DNA of 64,000 nucleotides. Source: an uncultured Pseudohongiella sp. GTDB taxonomy: Bacteria; Pseudomonadota; Gammaproteobacteria; Pseudomonadales; Pseudohongiellaceae. Positions 47,740 to 59,600 of this stretch are shown one piece after another. The stretch's first letter is position 1. Each line of letters opens with the position of its first letter. The position numbers and the translations under genes are program-made. The DNA lies in contig OZ245763.1 of assembly GCA_965227635.1 (NCBI GenBank), forward strand, positions 1,854,896 to 1,918,895, given 5' to 3'. The notes beneath the pieces were generated by a model. That model saw only the letters and a list, made by a program, of their open reading frames with translations, had not been told where the DNA came from and ran no database searches.

Positions 47740-49399
47740 AACCTACTCGGGCTCTTGAAAGTTGTCGGCTCAAGAGAATAACAGGAATGATGCTGACCAG
47801 AACAATGGTCAGCGCCGGACCGGCCGCATCGGCGAGTCGTTCTTCATTGGCCAGCTCATAGGTTCTTATGGCCAGCGTATTGAAATTGAACGGTCTCAAG
47901 ATCAGGGTTGCCGGTAATTCCTTGACCACATCCACAAAAACCAGTAACAGGGCAGCGACCATGGAGCCGCGCATCATCGGCATGTGCACGCGCCGCAGGG
48001 TTGCGGCATTACTCTGCCCCATACTCAATGCCGCTTCATCCATTGATGGTTTGATTTTTCCCAGGGCAGCATCGACCGAGTTCAGGGCGATGGGTAAAAA
48101 TCGCACCATGTAGGCAAAAATCAGTATGAATATCGTTCCGCTGAGCAACAGGCCGGTATTGATTCCCAGCCATGACTCCATGAATGCACTGATATGCCTG
48201 TCAAGCCAGGAAAATGGCACGAGCACGCCGATGGCAATGACAGTGCCGGGCAACGCGTACCCCAGAGACAACACCCGGAAAGATAGCGTAGAAAGAATGT
48301 GAGGAAACAAACGTTTACCGTAGCTGATAAAGAGTGCGATCAACAAGGCGACACAGGCGCTGATGACAGCCAGGCTCAAGGTATTCCAGGCAAGCTCAAA
48401 AAAACGCAGGGTAAAAATACGTTCCGCGGTAGTCAGGGCCCAGGCTGCAAGCTGTACCACCGGAATGACAAAGCCGGCCAATACTGGGCCGATACAGACC
48501 AGGTAGGTCCCCAGCAGATGCCTGCCGCGCAGCCGGGTACGCGACAAGGCCTGGTAGCGGGTGCTGGTGTTGTAATAGCGTGACTGCCGCCTGGACCAAC
48601 CCTCGATCAACACCAGTACCAGCACAAACAGCATGAGCAGAGCAGCCAGTTGCGTGGCTGCGACACTGCTGCCAAGACCATACCAGGTGCGGTAGATACC
48701 GGTAGTAAACGCGGCAATGCCAAAGTACTGTACGGTGCCGAAATCAGCCAGGGTTTCCATGAGTGCGATACTCAGGCCCACCACTATTGCCGGCCTTGCC
48801 AGTGGCAGGGCTACGCGCCGGAACGCTGTTCGCGGATTGCAACCCAGTGTGCGGGATACTTCCAGCACGCAGACCGATTGCTCGATAAAAGCAGCCCTGG
48901 ATAACAGATAAACATAGGGATACAGCACCAGGGACAGCATGATGATGGCGCCACCGAGGGAACGGATCGGCGGAAACCAGTAGTCGCCGTACTCCCAGCC
49001 CATAGCTTCCCTTAACGCACTTTGCACGGGACCCGCCACATCCAGCATGCCCGTATAGGTGTAGGCGATGATGTAAGCCGGCACGGCCATGGGCAGTAAT
49101 AGCGCCCATTCCAGAATACGGCTGCCGGGAAAACGGTACATGGTGACCAGCCAGGCCGGAATTACTCCCAGAGGCAGTACCAGCAAAGTGACACCAAGCA
49201 ACAGGAACATAGAATTGCGGATGTATTCAGTGAGCACCGTCTCGCGCAGGTGCTGCCATACATCGTCACTGGGGAGAAACAGCGACACTGCCACCACCAA
49301 CAGCGGTATGGCAATCACCAGAGACAGCCCCAAAGACGCAATCGGCCATGCACCCGGGCTAGCAGGTCGTGGCCATAATACAGCGATACTGTTGCTCAC
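47717..49399 (-). CDS. fbpB: Fe(3+)-type ABC transporter permease (fused double permease)
   Basis: 560 aa with two tandem permease halves, located between the binding-protein and ATPase genes. Confidence 0.85.
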   Translation of the reverse strand: MSNSIAVLWPRPASPGAWPIASLGLSLVIAIPLLVVAVSLFLPSDDVWQHLRETVLTEYIRNSMFLLLGVTLLVLPLGVIPAWLVTMYRFPGSRILEWALLLPMAVPAYIIAYTYTGMLDVAGPVQSALREAMGWEYGDYWFPPIRSLGGAIIMLSLVLYPYVYLLSRAAFIEQSVCVLEVSRTLGCNPRTAFRRVALPLARPAIVVGLSIALMETLADFGTVQYFGIAAFTTGIYRTWYGLGSSVAATQLAALLMLFVLVLVLIEGWSRRQSRYYNTSTRYQALSRTRLRGRHLLGTYLVCIGPVLAGFVIPVVQLAAWALTTAERIFTLRFFELAWNTLSLAVISACVALLIALFISYGKRLFPHILSTLSFRVLSLGYALPGTVIAIGVLVPFSWLDRHISAFMESWLGINTGLLLSGTIFILIFAYMVRFLPIALNSVDAALGKIKPSMDEAALSMGQSNAATLRRVHMPMMRGSMVAALLLVFVDVVKELPATLILRPFNFNTLAIRTYELANEERLADAAGPALTIVLVSIIPVILLSRQLSRARVGYAADAQA

Positions 49400-49419
49400 T
49401 TATAGTCTATAGGCAGTAA

Positions 49420-50427
49420 TTAACGCCAGCCGGCACGATCCATCAGCCTTACAGCTTCGGCGTTGTGCTCGCCCAGTTTTTCGAGACCCAGATTGTCCGC
49501 CTTGAAATCCCCGAAGCGCTTAAGCACGTCGCTTGTATCCACATCCTGGCGCACCGGGTATTCGCCGTTACGCTCTGCATACCATTGCTGGGCAAAGTCG
49601 CCGGTCAGAAATTCCAGTAGGCGCACCGCGGAATCACGATTTGGAGCATTAACCAGAACACCGGCACCACTGACATTCATATGCGCGCCACGACCGTCCT
49701 GATTTGGCCAAAGCACACCAATCTGCTTGGCTACCTCGACATCGGCCTCGATACCCGATGTAATCATGCCGGCCAGATAATAGGTGTTAGCAACTGCTAG
49801 TTGGCATTGTCCGGCAGCCACCGCACGGATCTGGTCCCGATCACCACCCTGGGGTGGCCTGGCAAAATTGGCGACCAGTCCCTCCGCCCATTCCTGAGTT
49901 GCTTCCATGCCATGATAAGCAATCATGGAGGCAACCAGTGACTGGTTGTAAATGTTACTGGATGAACGGATGCAAATCTCATTGCGCCAGCGGGGATCGG
50001 CCAGATCTTCATAACTGCTGATGTCATCCGGTGACACGCTGTCGCGGTCATACATGATCACACGTGAACGTAGAGACAGCCCGAACCAGAGGTCATTGGG
50101 ATCACGATAAAATGCCGGCACGCGGGACTCCAGCACGTCGGACTCAATCGGTTGCAGCAATCCGGCTTCCTTGGCGCGATGCAAACGGCCTGCATCCACC
50201 GTGAGCAATACATCGGCAGGAGAATTATTTCCTTCCAGTTCGATACGACGGATTAATGCATCCGCGCTCTCGGTAATGAGATTTACCTCGATCCCCGTTT
50301 CTTCGGTGAACCTGTCAAGCGCTGGCTTGATCAGGTCTTCACCCCGGGCCGAATAAATGTTGACCTCTGCTGCCTGCAGAGTTTGCGCAATCAGCAGAGT
50401 CGCTATGCAACCTAGTATCTGTTTCAT
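49420..50427 (-). CDS. fbpA: Fe(3+) ABC transporter periplasmic binding protein
   Basis: Signal peptide. EVNIYSARGEDLIKPALDRFTEETGIEVN is typical of FbpA/AfuA-type proteins. Confidence 0.85.
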   Translation of the reverse strand: MKQILGCIATLLIAQTLQAAEVNIYSARGEDLIKPALDRFTEETGIEVNLITESADALIRRIELEGNNSPADVLLTVDAGRLHRAKEAGLLQPIESDVLESRVPAFYRDPNDLWFGLSLRSRVIMYDRDSVSPDDISSYEDLADPRWRNEICIRSSSNIYNQSLVASMIAYHGMEATQEWAEGLVANFARPPQGGDRDQIRAVAAGQCQLAVANTYYLAGMITSGIEADVEVAKQIGVLWPNQDGRGAHMNVSGAGVLVNAPNRDSAVRLLEFLTGDFAQQWYAERNGEYPVRQDVDTSDVLKRFGDFKADNLGLEKLGEHNAEAVRLMDRAGWR

Positions 50428-50454
50428 TTATTGCCTCCTCAAAATTTAGTGGCT

Positions 50455-52683
50455 TTAGAAGTCAAAACGCAGGCCAGCGGTTACTGTCTGGCCCTTGTTC
50501 GGGCGCGCACCATATGGCTGGCGGCCCAGAATATTCTCTTCTCCGGTCAGGTTTTCCAGTCTGCCGAATACAGTCAGTTGCGGATTGAACTGGTAGTTCA
50601 CAGACGCATCCACTGTAAAGGTGTCGTCGGTTTCTTCGAAAGGACCACAGGATGCCCGCACACAAACTTCATCGACATAATTGCCGCTGATATAACTGGC
50701 CCAGGCCCCTGTCACCAAGCCCAGCGCCAGGCGAAACTGGTTATCCGGTAAATAAGGAAGCGGGTCTCCCGCGCTGACATCACCGAAGAACGCGGTATCC
50801 GCAATATTGGTGTCGAATTCCCCATTGATATGCGTATAGCTGAAATTCAGCGGCACGCTCATGGCAGCATTGTTTGCCAGTTCGGTATTAAACTGAAATT
50901 CCAGCCCCTGAACCGTCGCCGCGTCGCCGTTAAAGGCATCGCCGATCACACAATCACTGCCGGACGAATTGGTGCAGACACCAAGGATGTTGTCATAGTC
51001 ACTGACAAACCCAATTAACTCGGCATTCAGTCTGTCCGTGGCGTAACGGAATCCGGCTTCGTAATTAATGGCTTCCTCTTCGCGCGTCCCAGGAGAATTG
51101 CTCGGCGCCGTAAATCCTTTGTGTACACCAGCAACCAACGACAGCGCCGGGTTGATCTGATACAGCACACCAATCCCCGGCAGCCAGACCTCGACATCGT
51201 TACTGCGGGAATCCCGGAATGTCCTTTCGGCGCCGTCGCGATAGCGAGTTCGTTGTTGGTCTATGTCTTCATAACGGAGGCCGGGAGTCAACGTCCAGTT
51301 GCCAAAACGTATTTCATCGTAAACATGCAGGGACACGGCTTGAGCTTCCTGAACCCGATTGCCCGCATTACCGAGCATGCCGAAATCGTTCAATACGAGA
51401 TCCCCATTGACCTGGCGATAATTACTGTTGCGCTGCAATCGGTCTTCTTCGTCCTCATGAATCCGCAACCCTGCTTTTAATGAGTGGGACATGGCGCCAA
51501 TCTGCCCACTTGCGTTAAGACTGAATTGCACACCTCGAGAATAGTATTCACGATCGTTGGCACGCAGTTGTATGCTGCCCACCGGCGTGTCGGCACTGCC
51601 ATCGAGAATCGCCTGCAGTTCGCTCGGCGAAAATCCGTCCAGGCTGTTGCCGCGATTGATTGCCTGCACAACATTGAGCCAACCGGTGCGCTCAAAGGAT
51701 TCCGCATCGTCGCTGCCGTCGAAATCAATGCCTTCGGTCTTGAACCAGTTACGGGCATGCTCATTATTGTAAGCAGTGGCAGTCAGGTAGAGATTCTCGT
51801 TGACATCAAACTGATAACGAAGAATGGCCTGCTCGTGCTCGGTTTCAATATTATCGAGTTCAGACAGCCCGTAGCGGCGATAGGGAGAACTGGCAAAATC
51901 GGCATCGGTGAGACCCAGATAGCTCTGGTTGGAGTTCTGCTTTGCATACTGCAGCTTCAGTTCCAGCTGATGAGGTGAGCCCTGGGGGGCATAGCCCAGC
52001 TTCAAGGTGTAATCCTCTACATCCAGCCCGGTGTCGTTGTCACTGCGATCAATAGACTGATAACCATCGGACTGCCACTGGTGGGTTTCCACCATGAAAC
52101 CGAAGCCGGATTCATCGCGGGCGCCATAATAGGCATGGACACGGTTAGTGGCATCTTCTCCCATTTCAGTGACCACCCGGCCGTTCGCGTCTTGGGGAAT
52201 TGGTGTGGACACCATATTCAATGCTCCGCCTATGGTGTAAGGACCCTGGGTAATAGCAGAAGGTCCTTTTAGTATCTCAAATGCTGCCATGCGACCGGCG
52301 GTAGGGAAGTAATAGGCTGAGGGAGCTGAATAAGGTGCCGGCGCGATCAACACATTGTCTTCCAGCAGAGTGATGCGACCGCTGCGCTCCGTAGCTACGC
52401 CACGAATACTGATATTGGGCCGCAGACCGTAGCCATCCTCCACTTGGATCGAGACCCCGGGCACCTCTCGAATAATGCGTTGGATGTCGGCATAGCTGAA
52501 TCGGCGCAGCTCCTCAGCACCGATAAAATGGCCGGCGCCGGTCAGGCGCCTTGCCTGAACCCGGCTACCAATGATGGTGACTTCCTGTATATCTTGCTCC
52601 TGCGCCTGCAAATCAATACTGAAACTCATTGCCGTGGTGAGTACCGCCAGGGTGAACTGCCGGGAAAGCCTACTGCTCAGCAT
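50455..52683 (-). CDS. TonB-dependent outer-membrane receptor
   Basis: Signal peptide, plug domain (VTIIGSR...ISIRG), 22-strand barrel length, and a terminal ...LRFDF. Confidence 0.9.
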   Translation of the reverse strand: MLSSRLSRQFTLAVLTTAMSFSIDLQAQEQDIQEVTIIGSRVQARRLTGAGHFIGAEELRRFSYADIQRIIREVPGVSIQVEDGYGLRPNISIRGVATERSGRITLLEDNVLIAPAPYSAPSAYYFPTAGRMAAFEILKGPSAITQGPYTIGGALNMVSTPIPQDANGRVVTEMGEDATNRVHAYYGARDESGFGFMVETHQWQSDGYQSIDRSDNDTGLDVEDYTLKLGYAPQGSPHQLELKLQYAKQNSNQSYLGLTDADFASSPYRRYGLSELDNIETEHEQAILRYQFDVNENLYLTATAYNNEHARNWFKTEGIDFDGSDDAESFERTGWLNVVQAINRGNSLDGFSPSELQAILDGSADTPVGSIQLRANDREYYSRGVQFSLNASGQIGAMSHSLKAGLRIHEDEEDRLQRNSNYRQVNGDLVLNDFGMLGNAGNRVQEAQAVSLHVYDEIRFGNWTLTPGLRYEDIDQQRTRYRDGAERTFRDSRSNDVEVWLPGIGVLYQINPALSLVAGVHKGFTAPSNSPGTREEEAINYEAGFRYATDRLNAELIGFVSDYDNILGVCTNSSGSDCVIGDAFNGDAATVQGLEFQFNTELANNAAMSVPLNFSYTHINGEFDTNIADTAFFGDVSAGDPLPYLPDNQFRLALGLVTGAWASYISGNYVDEVCVRASCGPFEETDDTFTVDASVNYQFNPQLTVFGRLENLTGEENILGRQPYGARPNKGQTVTAGLRFDF

Positions 52684-52753
52684 GTCTTTATTCCTAATGT
52701 TTATTGCTACTTTTGAAAGTTGCAGGAAATACTAAACAGGAGTTAATCTAAAT

Positions 52754-52772
52754 GCAAACAATTCTCATTACT
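52754..52772 (-). promoter_or_regulatory. Candidate Fur box upstream of the TonB-dependent receptor
   Basis: The reverse strand AGTAATGAGAATTGTTTGC matches 12 of 19 positions of GATAATGATAATCATTATC by my hand alignment. Confidence 0.35.
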
Positions 52773-53084
52773 AATAATAATCTCTTTTCAGTCCAGGCCC
52801 ACGTCCGCAGGCTAGGAAGCGCGCTAGCTGTGCGCCCGAGGGATGTCAAAGTCGCATTAATTCTGGACTTGGTTTGGGGGTTCTCTTACTAAAAGGAAAA
52901 ATCTCTATAGTCGTGACTTAATTCAATGGAGGAAAGCAAATATCCAAGCTGCCATTTATCAAGAAGGGAGAAAGTGAAAGCAATAATTCAACATTAGAGT
53001 AGCTCAAAGGTTTGCATTACGACAATCGGCCTGGCAAATGGTGTATATTTTGTACTGACAGTTTGTAACTGATATCTTATTCAT

Positions 53085-53474
53085 ATGCCAAGATGTTCAC
53101 AAAAGATTAACAGAGCAATCCTGATAATGATCAGCTTGTTGTTCGTGTCCGGGCAACTTTCAGCCTACCCGCTATTTTGCACTATGCCAGGGATGGAAAT
53201 GCATGGCATGGACAGTCTGACCATTGCAAACGGAACTGATTTAATGAGCTCGCAAAACATGGGTGAATTCCCTGGTGAGCCTGCATCAAATAATCTCGAT
53301 GCTATGAGTAATTGTGAACAGGTTTGTGGCTACTGTCTCAGCTACAGCCAACCAGGCGCAAAGATCTCAAATTTGACTCCCAAATCAGGCGCTTCCCGGC
53401 AAGCGGATTTTTATTCCCGCTTCTCCCCAACCGAACCTCTCAACAGTCTATTCCGTCCCCCCATTTCTGTCTAA
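53085..53474 (+). CDS. Small secreted Cys-containing protein preceding cusC (CzcI/CopL-like by position)
   Basis: Signal peptide, NCEQVCGYCLSY cluster and a C-terminal FRPPISV. It shares the C-terminal motif with 9602-10033 and 60385-60780. Confidence 0.6.
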   Translation: MPRCSQKINRAILIMISLLFVSGQLSAYPLFCTMPGMEMHGMDSLTIANGTDLMSSQNMGEFPGEPASNNLDAMSNCEQVCGYCLSYSQPGAKISNLTPKSGASRQADFYSRFSPTEPLNSLFRPPISV

Positions 53475-53601
53475 GACAGGATAGGTCCGCCTGCTACATA
53501 CGCAGGCAGCTTCTTCAAACTTATCTAATAGCACTAGATTCGCGTGTCAATTCGACTTCGCGGCCTTTGTGCTGTGTTTGAGTAATTGTTGGGAAATTGA
53601 A

Positions 53602-54906
53602 ATGGGAACTTGGAAAGATTCTACGAAAATGGCGACTGCTCTGCTGTGGTGGTCTTTGAGCATATGGATGATGCCTGTGCATGGGCAATTCATTCCAGAT
53701 GATGAACTACTGTTAGCAGACTTGACGCGAGCGGTCATCCGACAAAACGCTGGCTTAACTTCTCGTGAACTGCGAGTTCGAGCGAGCCGCGCACTGACTG
53801 AGAGCGCGGGAGCGCTTGATGATCCCAGGGTGAGTTATTCTGTAGCGCCATCTTCTATTGGCACGGATATACCCAGTGACTTTGGCAATGCATTGAGAGT
53901 GCGGCAAACGTTTCAGGTCTCTCAATTATTTCCATGGCCAGGAAAGCGGCGACTTCGCACTGAGCTAGCCGAAGCGCGGGCAGAGATCGAAGAAGCGAAC
54001 TACGAGCAGTTACTGGTTTCACTGGTTCAGCAAGTCAGGAGTTTGTGGTCAGAACTATGGTTCGCCGATCAGGCGTTAACGGTTAATGCTGAACATTTGG
54101 CTTTGTTGAATGACCTTGAAACTGTGGCATCGACGCAGTATGCAAACGGACTGGGGTTGCAACAGGACGTGTTGCAAATTCAGACCAGCCGGGTGGCATT
54201 GCAACACAGGGAACTGGTACTGAATCAGGAAATTCGACGCTTGCAGGCCCGGATCAATGACCTCCTCAACCAGTCCGCCGACACCTCCCTCGGGCTGCCA
54301 GGGCAACTACTGCCCATTCCGACATTGCCTGGTCGCAACAATCTTCTGGAGTGGGTGCTGGAATCCGAGCCTGAGTTAATAGCTTTGCAGGCAAGATCAA
54401 GATTGGCGCTGAGAAATAAAGAGCTGGTGGAGTTGGAAGACTTTCCAGATCTTCAGGTCAACGCTGGCTACAACGAACTCTGGAACGATATTGATCAACG
54501 CACGCAGATTGGGATCAGTCTCAATATTCCATTGGACTTCGGTAAACGCTCAGCTCGAAAAGCGGCGGCGGGTTTTAACTACGCCAGTTCGCGAGCCGAC
54601 GTTGCTCGCTTGCGCAGCACTTTGGCAGCAGACCTGGAACAATTGCTTTCTACAGAGCAAGAGCTTGCTCATAGCATTGAGTTGTTCGAGACCGAGTTAA
54701 TTCCCAAGGCCGAACAAACTCTTGACGCAGCCAGCGCCAACTTTCGGGGCGGTGGCGGCAACTTTCAAACCTTGAACCAAGCGCAGCAACAATTGCTGAA
54801 TCTGCGACTTCAGATATCAGAAATGCAGGCTGACCGGCTGATCAGTATCAGCCAAATTGACAAATTAAGTGGGGGCCGACTGTGGCCCGTGGAGACTGAA
54901 CAATGA
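53602..54906 (+). CDS. cusC: Outer-membrane efflux protein, CusC/TolC family
   Basis: TolC-family repeats. The start is uncertain (53569, 53602 or 53629). The stop overlaps the next gene. Confidence 0.8.
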   Translation: MGTWKDSTKMATALLWWSLSIWMMPVHGQFIPDDELLLADLTRAVIRQNAGLTSRELRVRASRALTESAGALDDPRVSYSVAPSSIGTDIPSDFGNALRVRQTFQVSQLFPWPGKRRLRTELAEARAEIEEANYEQLLVSLVQQVRSLWSELWFADQALTVNAEHLALLNDLETVASTQYANGLGLQQDVLQIQTSRVALQHRELVLNQEIRRLQARINDLLNQSADTSLGLPGQLLPIPTLPGRNNLLEWVLESEPELIALQARSRLALRNKELVELEDFPDLQVNAGYNELWNDIDQRTQIGISLNIPLDFGKRSARKAAAGFNYASSRADVARLRSTLAADLEQLLSTEQELAHSIELFETELIPKAEQTLDAASANFRGGGGNFQTLNQAQQQLLNLRLQISEMQADRLISISQIDKLSGGRLWPVETEQ

Positions 54907-56687
54907 AAGCCATAATGAGTTTATTAATTGTAGCAATAGTTGCCGGAGTCATCGGTTTTCTTTCCGCCAACTTTATTTCCATGGAGCGGGGAGGCATGCA
55001 GGAATCGATGGTCTCCTCCTCAGAAAGGCAGCCACTTTACTGGGTGGCGCCGATGGACTCGAACTTCAGGCGCGATGCACCAGGACTGTCACCGATGGGA
55101 ATGGACCTGATTCCAGTCTATGAAGAGCCCGATGGGGAAACCAATGCCGTCAGGGTCGCCGCGACGATTCAGCAAAACCTGGGGTTGAGAACCGCCAAGG
55201 CGAAGCGTAGCGATTTCGCGCGAGATGTAAAGGCAGTCGGATACACGCGTTGGAACGAGGCGACCATTGAAATGCTACATCCGCGCGCAGAGGGCTGGTT
55301 GGAAGTCTTCAACCTGGCCAGTGTTGGTGACCAGGTTAAAGCTGGCCAGGTGATCTATGAATTGTATGCGCCTAACCTGGTCAGCGCTCAACAGGAATTT
55401 ATCACTGCGCGTCAGGCGGGTAACCAGACATTGGCTGCTCTGGCCCAGGAACGTTTACTAGCGCTGGGATTTACCCCGCGCCAGGTCGATGAACTCGCCA
55501 ACAATGGTAATACGAGCAGTCGGCTGGTTTATCGCGCCGTCGATAACGCGCTGGTGCTGTCACTGGGTACCAGGAGCGGCAACTACGTGCAACCTGCGAC
55601 CACTATCGCCACCCTGGCATCGCTGGATTCAATTTGGGTCGATGTGGATATATTTGAAACAGATGCTGCGAATCTGGAAGTGGGTCTCGAAGCCGCTATT
55701 GAATTTCCAGCCTTTCCCGGTGAAACCTGGATGGGTGAAGTGAGTTACATCTATCCGGAACTGGACCGAGGCAGCAGAACTCTGCGAGTTCGACTGGTCA
55801 TTGAAAATGAAGATCATCGGCTTAAGCCCAATATGTTCGCCAATGTCGCCATTGCCGTTGATCCTCGTCGCGACGTGCTCGCCGTTCCACGGGAAGCGGT
55901 CCTACGCTCAGGATCAGGCTCGCGGCTTATTGTCCTTCGCGACGATGGCCAATTTGAACCTCGCGCCGTTCGTACTGGATTCAGCAGTGGTGAACAGATA
56001 GAGATTCTGCAAGGACTCGCCGTCGGTGAGACCGTTGTTACTTCCGGGCAATTCCTGCTCGATGCCGAAGCCAATGGTGAGCAAGCGTTGGCGCGGCTCG
56101 ACGCGGCGAGCGAATCCACTTCTGAAAATATGGACATGGATATGGACAGAACTGCCAGTTCGTCAGTAGATCAAGAGGCCGTTTATTCTACAACCGGTCG
56201 TATCGTCAGCATGATGAACGATGGCATGGTGACATTGGCTCATCAGCCGGTCGCAGAACTGAACTGGCCGGCAATGACGATGAGTTTCACATCTGTTCCG
56301 GAAGTTAATCTCAATGAATTTTCAGTCGATGAAACGGTGCGCTTCGAGTTTCGTCAGCTTGAAGACGGTGGTTATCAAATCCTGCTTATGGACAACGCGG
56401 GTGCGCCAACGAGTATAGACAGGAATGTCAGTGCATCAGGCGATCAGTTAACTGTTTATTCCACAAGCGGTCGCATTGTTAGCATGATGAACGATGGCAT
56501 GGTGACATTGGCTCATCAGCCGGTCGCAGAACTGAACTGGCCAGCTATGACGATGAGTTTCACCACTGTCCCGGATGTTAATCTTAATGAGTTTGCAGTC
56601 GATGACACGGTGCGCTTTGAATTTCATCCGTTAGAAGATGGCAGCTATGAAATCTTGATGATGGAAGAGACGGAGGCAAATCAATGA
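54903..56687 (+). CDS. cusB: RND membrane fusion protein CusB fused to two tandem CusF-like domains
   Basis: MFP core, then two ~91-aa repeats each containing GMVTLAHQPVAELNWPAMTMSF (CusF-type metal site context). ATGA overlaps on both sides. Confidence 0.85.
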   Translation: MKAIMSLLIVAIVAGVIGFLSANFISMERGGMQESMVSSSERQPLYWVAPMDSNFRRDAPGLSPMGMDLIPVYEEPDGETNAVRVAATIQQNLGLRTAKAKRSDFARDVKAVGYTRWNEATIEMLHPRAEGWLEVFNLASVGDQVKAGQVIYELYAPNLVSAQQEFITARQAGNQTLAALAQERLLALGFTPRQVDELANNGNTSSRLVYRAVDNALVLSLGTRSGNYVQPATTIATLASLDSIWVDVDIFETDAANLEVGLEAAIEFPAFPGETWMGEVSYIYPELDRGSRTLRVRLVIENEDHRLKPNMFANVAIAVDPRRDVLAVPREAVLRSGSGSRLIVLRDDGQFEPRAVRTGFSSGEQIEILQGLAVGETVVTSGQFLLDAEANGEQALARLDAASESTSENMDMDMDRTASSSVDQEAVYSTTGRIVSMMNDGMVTLAHQPVAELNWPAMTMSFTSVPEVNLNEFSVDETVRFEFRQLEDGGYQILLMDNAGAPTSIDRNVSASGDQLTVYSTSGRIVSMMNDGMVTLAHQPVAELNWPAMTMSFTTVPDVNLNEFAVDDTVRFEFHPLEDGSYEILMMEETEANQ

Positions 56688-59600
56688 TTGCCGCCATCAT
56701 CCGTTCGTCCATTGCCAATCGCGGGCTCTTGTTATTGGCTGCCCTTCTGTTGATGGCCGCTGGTCTGCTCAATCTGCGTACCATGCCGGTGGATGCCATT
56801 CCCGATCTGTCCGATGTGCAGGTCATTATTCGTACACCCTTTGCCGGTCAGGCGCCCCAGGTGGTGGAAGATCAAGTGACCTACCCATTGACCACCGCCA
56901 TGTTGTCAGTACCCGGTGCGGTCAATGTCCGTGGTTATTCATTCTTCGGCGACTCTTACGTGTATGTAATTTTCGAGGACGGCACCGATCAGTATTGGGC
57001 ACGGAGCCGGGTGCTGGAGTATCTCAGCCAGGTTAGCGCCGCATTACCCAATGAGGTGACTCCTGCACTTGGGCCCGATGCCACGGGGGTAGGCTGGGTG
57101 TACGAATATGCCCTGATAGACCGAACCGGAAATCACGATCTCAGCCAGCTGCGATCAATACAGGACTGGTTCCTGAAATATGAGCTGCAGACGGTTGCAG
57201 GGGTTTCTGAAGTGGCAACCATTGGCGGCATGGTCAGGCAGTACCAGGTGGTAGTCGATCCTAACCGACTCAGTGCCTTGGGAATAAATCTGACTCAGAT
57301 CAGGCAGGCGATACAGAACGGCAATAGGGAGGTTGGCGGTTCAGTAATCGAAATGGCTGAAACCGAATTCATGGTTCGGGCCACGGGGTATGTGCAGAGC
57401 GTGGAGGAATTGCGCAACATCCCGCTGAAGGCAGATGAACGGGGCGTACCGGTCTTGTTGGGCGATGTCGCTGAAGTCCAACTGGGTCCGCAACTGCGGC
57501 GGGGCGTTGCTGATCTCGATGGTGAAGGTGAAGTGGTGGGTAGCGTTATTGTCATGCGCAGTGGAGAGAATGCCCAGGCGACAATTGCTGCTGTGAAATC
57601 CAAACTGCAGGACCTGGCTGGAAGTTTGCCCGAGGGCGTGGAAATCGTGCCCACTTATGATCGTTCAGAATTGATCGGTGCGGCGGTAGACAATCTCTAC
57701 ACAAAACTCATGGAAGAGTTTCTTGTAGTCGGCCTGATCTGTTTGCTGTTTCTATTTCATCTACGTTCATCGCTAGTGGCGATCGCCATATTGCCACTGG
57801 GCATCATGGCCGCACTATTGATCATGCGTGCCCAGGGCATCAATGCGAACATCATGTCCCTCGGCGGCATTGCGATTGCTATCGGGGCGATGGTGGATGG
57901 CGCCATCGTGATGATAGAAAACGTCCATAAGCATATGGAACGCCGTCCCGGGCTGGTGGGTAAAGAGCGCTGGGATTTGATTGCGGAAGCGACAACCCAG
58001 GTTGGTGGCCCGCTGTTTTTCTCTCTGCTCATAATCACGCTCAGTTTTTTACCCATATTCACACTCGAAGCACAGGAAGGGCGGTTGTTTGCGCCGTTGG
58101 CTTTTACCAAAACCTGGGCCATGGCAGCAGCGGCTTTATTCTCTATCACCTTTATTCCAGTCTTTATGGGCTATCTGATTAGAGGAAAGATTCACTCCGA
58201 ACATCGAAATCCATTGAATAGACTACTCACCGCTTGCTATCGACCAGTAGTGGGATTCATTACAAAACACCCTTGGCCTGTCATCGTGTTGGCTGTATTG
58301 CTAACGGCATCTGCAGTCTGGCCTGTATCAAGGATGGGTTCGGAATTCATGCCGCCGCTGGATGAAGGCGACTGGATGTATATGCCTACGGCGCGGCCTG
58401 GCCTACCGATTGGCGAAGCAACGCAATTACTGCAACAAACAAGTCGGATGATCAAGTCAGTGCCTGAAGTGGCGCAGGTATTCGGAAAAATCGGGCGCGC
58501 TGAAACCGCCACCGATCCGGCCCCGCTCACCATGATCGAATCGGTAATTCGTTTTAAACCGGAATCAGAGTGGCGCGCGGGTATGACTATTGCCGACATA
58601 CGGGCTGAAATACGCGACCGGGTACAGGTGCCAGGCATCGCCAATGTTTGGGTCATGCCCATCAAGACACGCATTGACATGTTGGCGACCGGTATCAAGA
58701 CTCCTGTTGGAATAAAAATAAGCGGGCCCGAGCTTGGTGTGATTCAAACCCTTGGCAGAGAAATTGAAAACCTGCTCGGGGATTTCCCAGGTTCTGCCAG
58801 TGTCTATTCGGAACGAGTCGTTGGCGGCAGTTACGTAGTAGTGGACATCGACCGGACAGCGGCTGCACGACTGGGACTTAATATCACCGATGTGCAAGCT
58901 GTAGTGACTTCAGCGATTGGCGGCATGAATGTATCGGAAACCATCGAAGGCCTGGAAAGGTATCCGATCAATGTGCGCTACCCGCGGCAAGTACGAGACT
59001 CACTGGAAAATATACGACGCCTTCCCATTATCACACCGAAAGGAGAACGGATCGCATTGAGTGACGTCGCCAAAGTGGAGATCGAAGATGGTCCACCGAT
59101 GATCAAGAGCGAAAATGCCCGACCCAACGGCTGGGTGTACATTGACATCGCCGACATCGATGTGGGCAGTTATGTGAGTAACGCGAGAGAACATTTGGAA
59201 GCCAACCTTACTCTGCCGCCTGGATATACCCTCGCCTGGTCCGGCCAATTTGAATACATGGAGCGCGCGATAGAACGCCTCAAACTGGTGGTGCCTTTGA
59301 CCCTCGTTATTATCACATTGCTACTTTATTTGGCATTTAACAGGGTCAGTGATGTGTTGATAATTCTGACATCCCTGCCTTTTGCAGTGGCAGGTAGTGC
59401 CTGGTTTGTGTGGTACCTGGGATTCGATTTATCGGTGGCAGTCGCGGTTGGAATAATTGCCCTGGCAGGGGTAGCTGTAGAGATAGGAGTGATCATGCTG
59501 ATCTACCTTAATCAATACCGGCAAGACTATCTGGATCAGCTCGGCCCCGATGAAAAACCTTCGCTCGTCGGTTTGCAGGAAGCAATCCAGCAAGGAGCGC

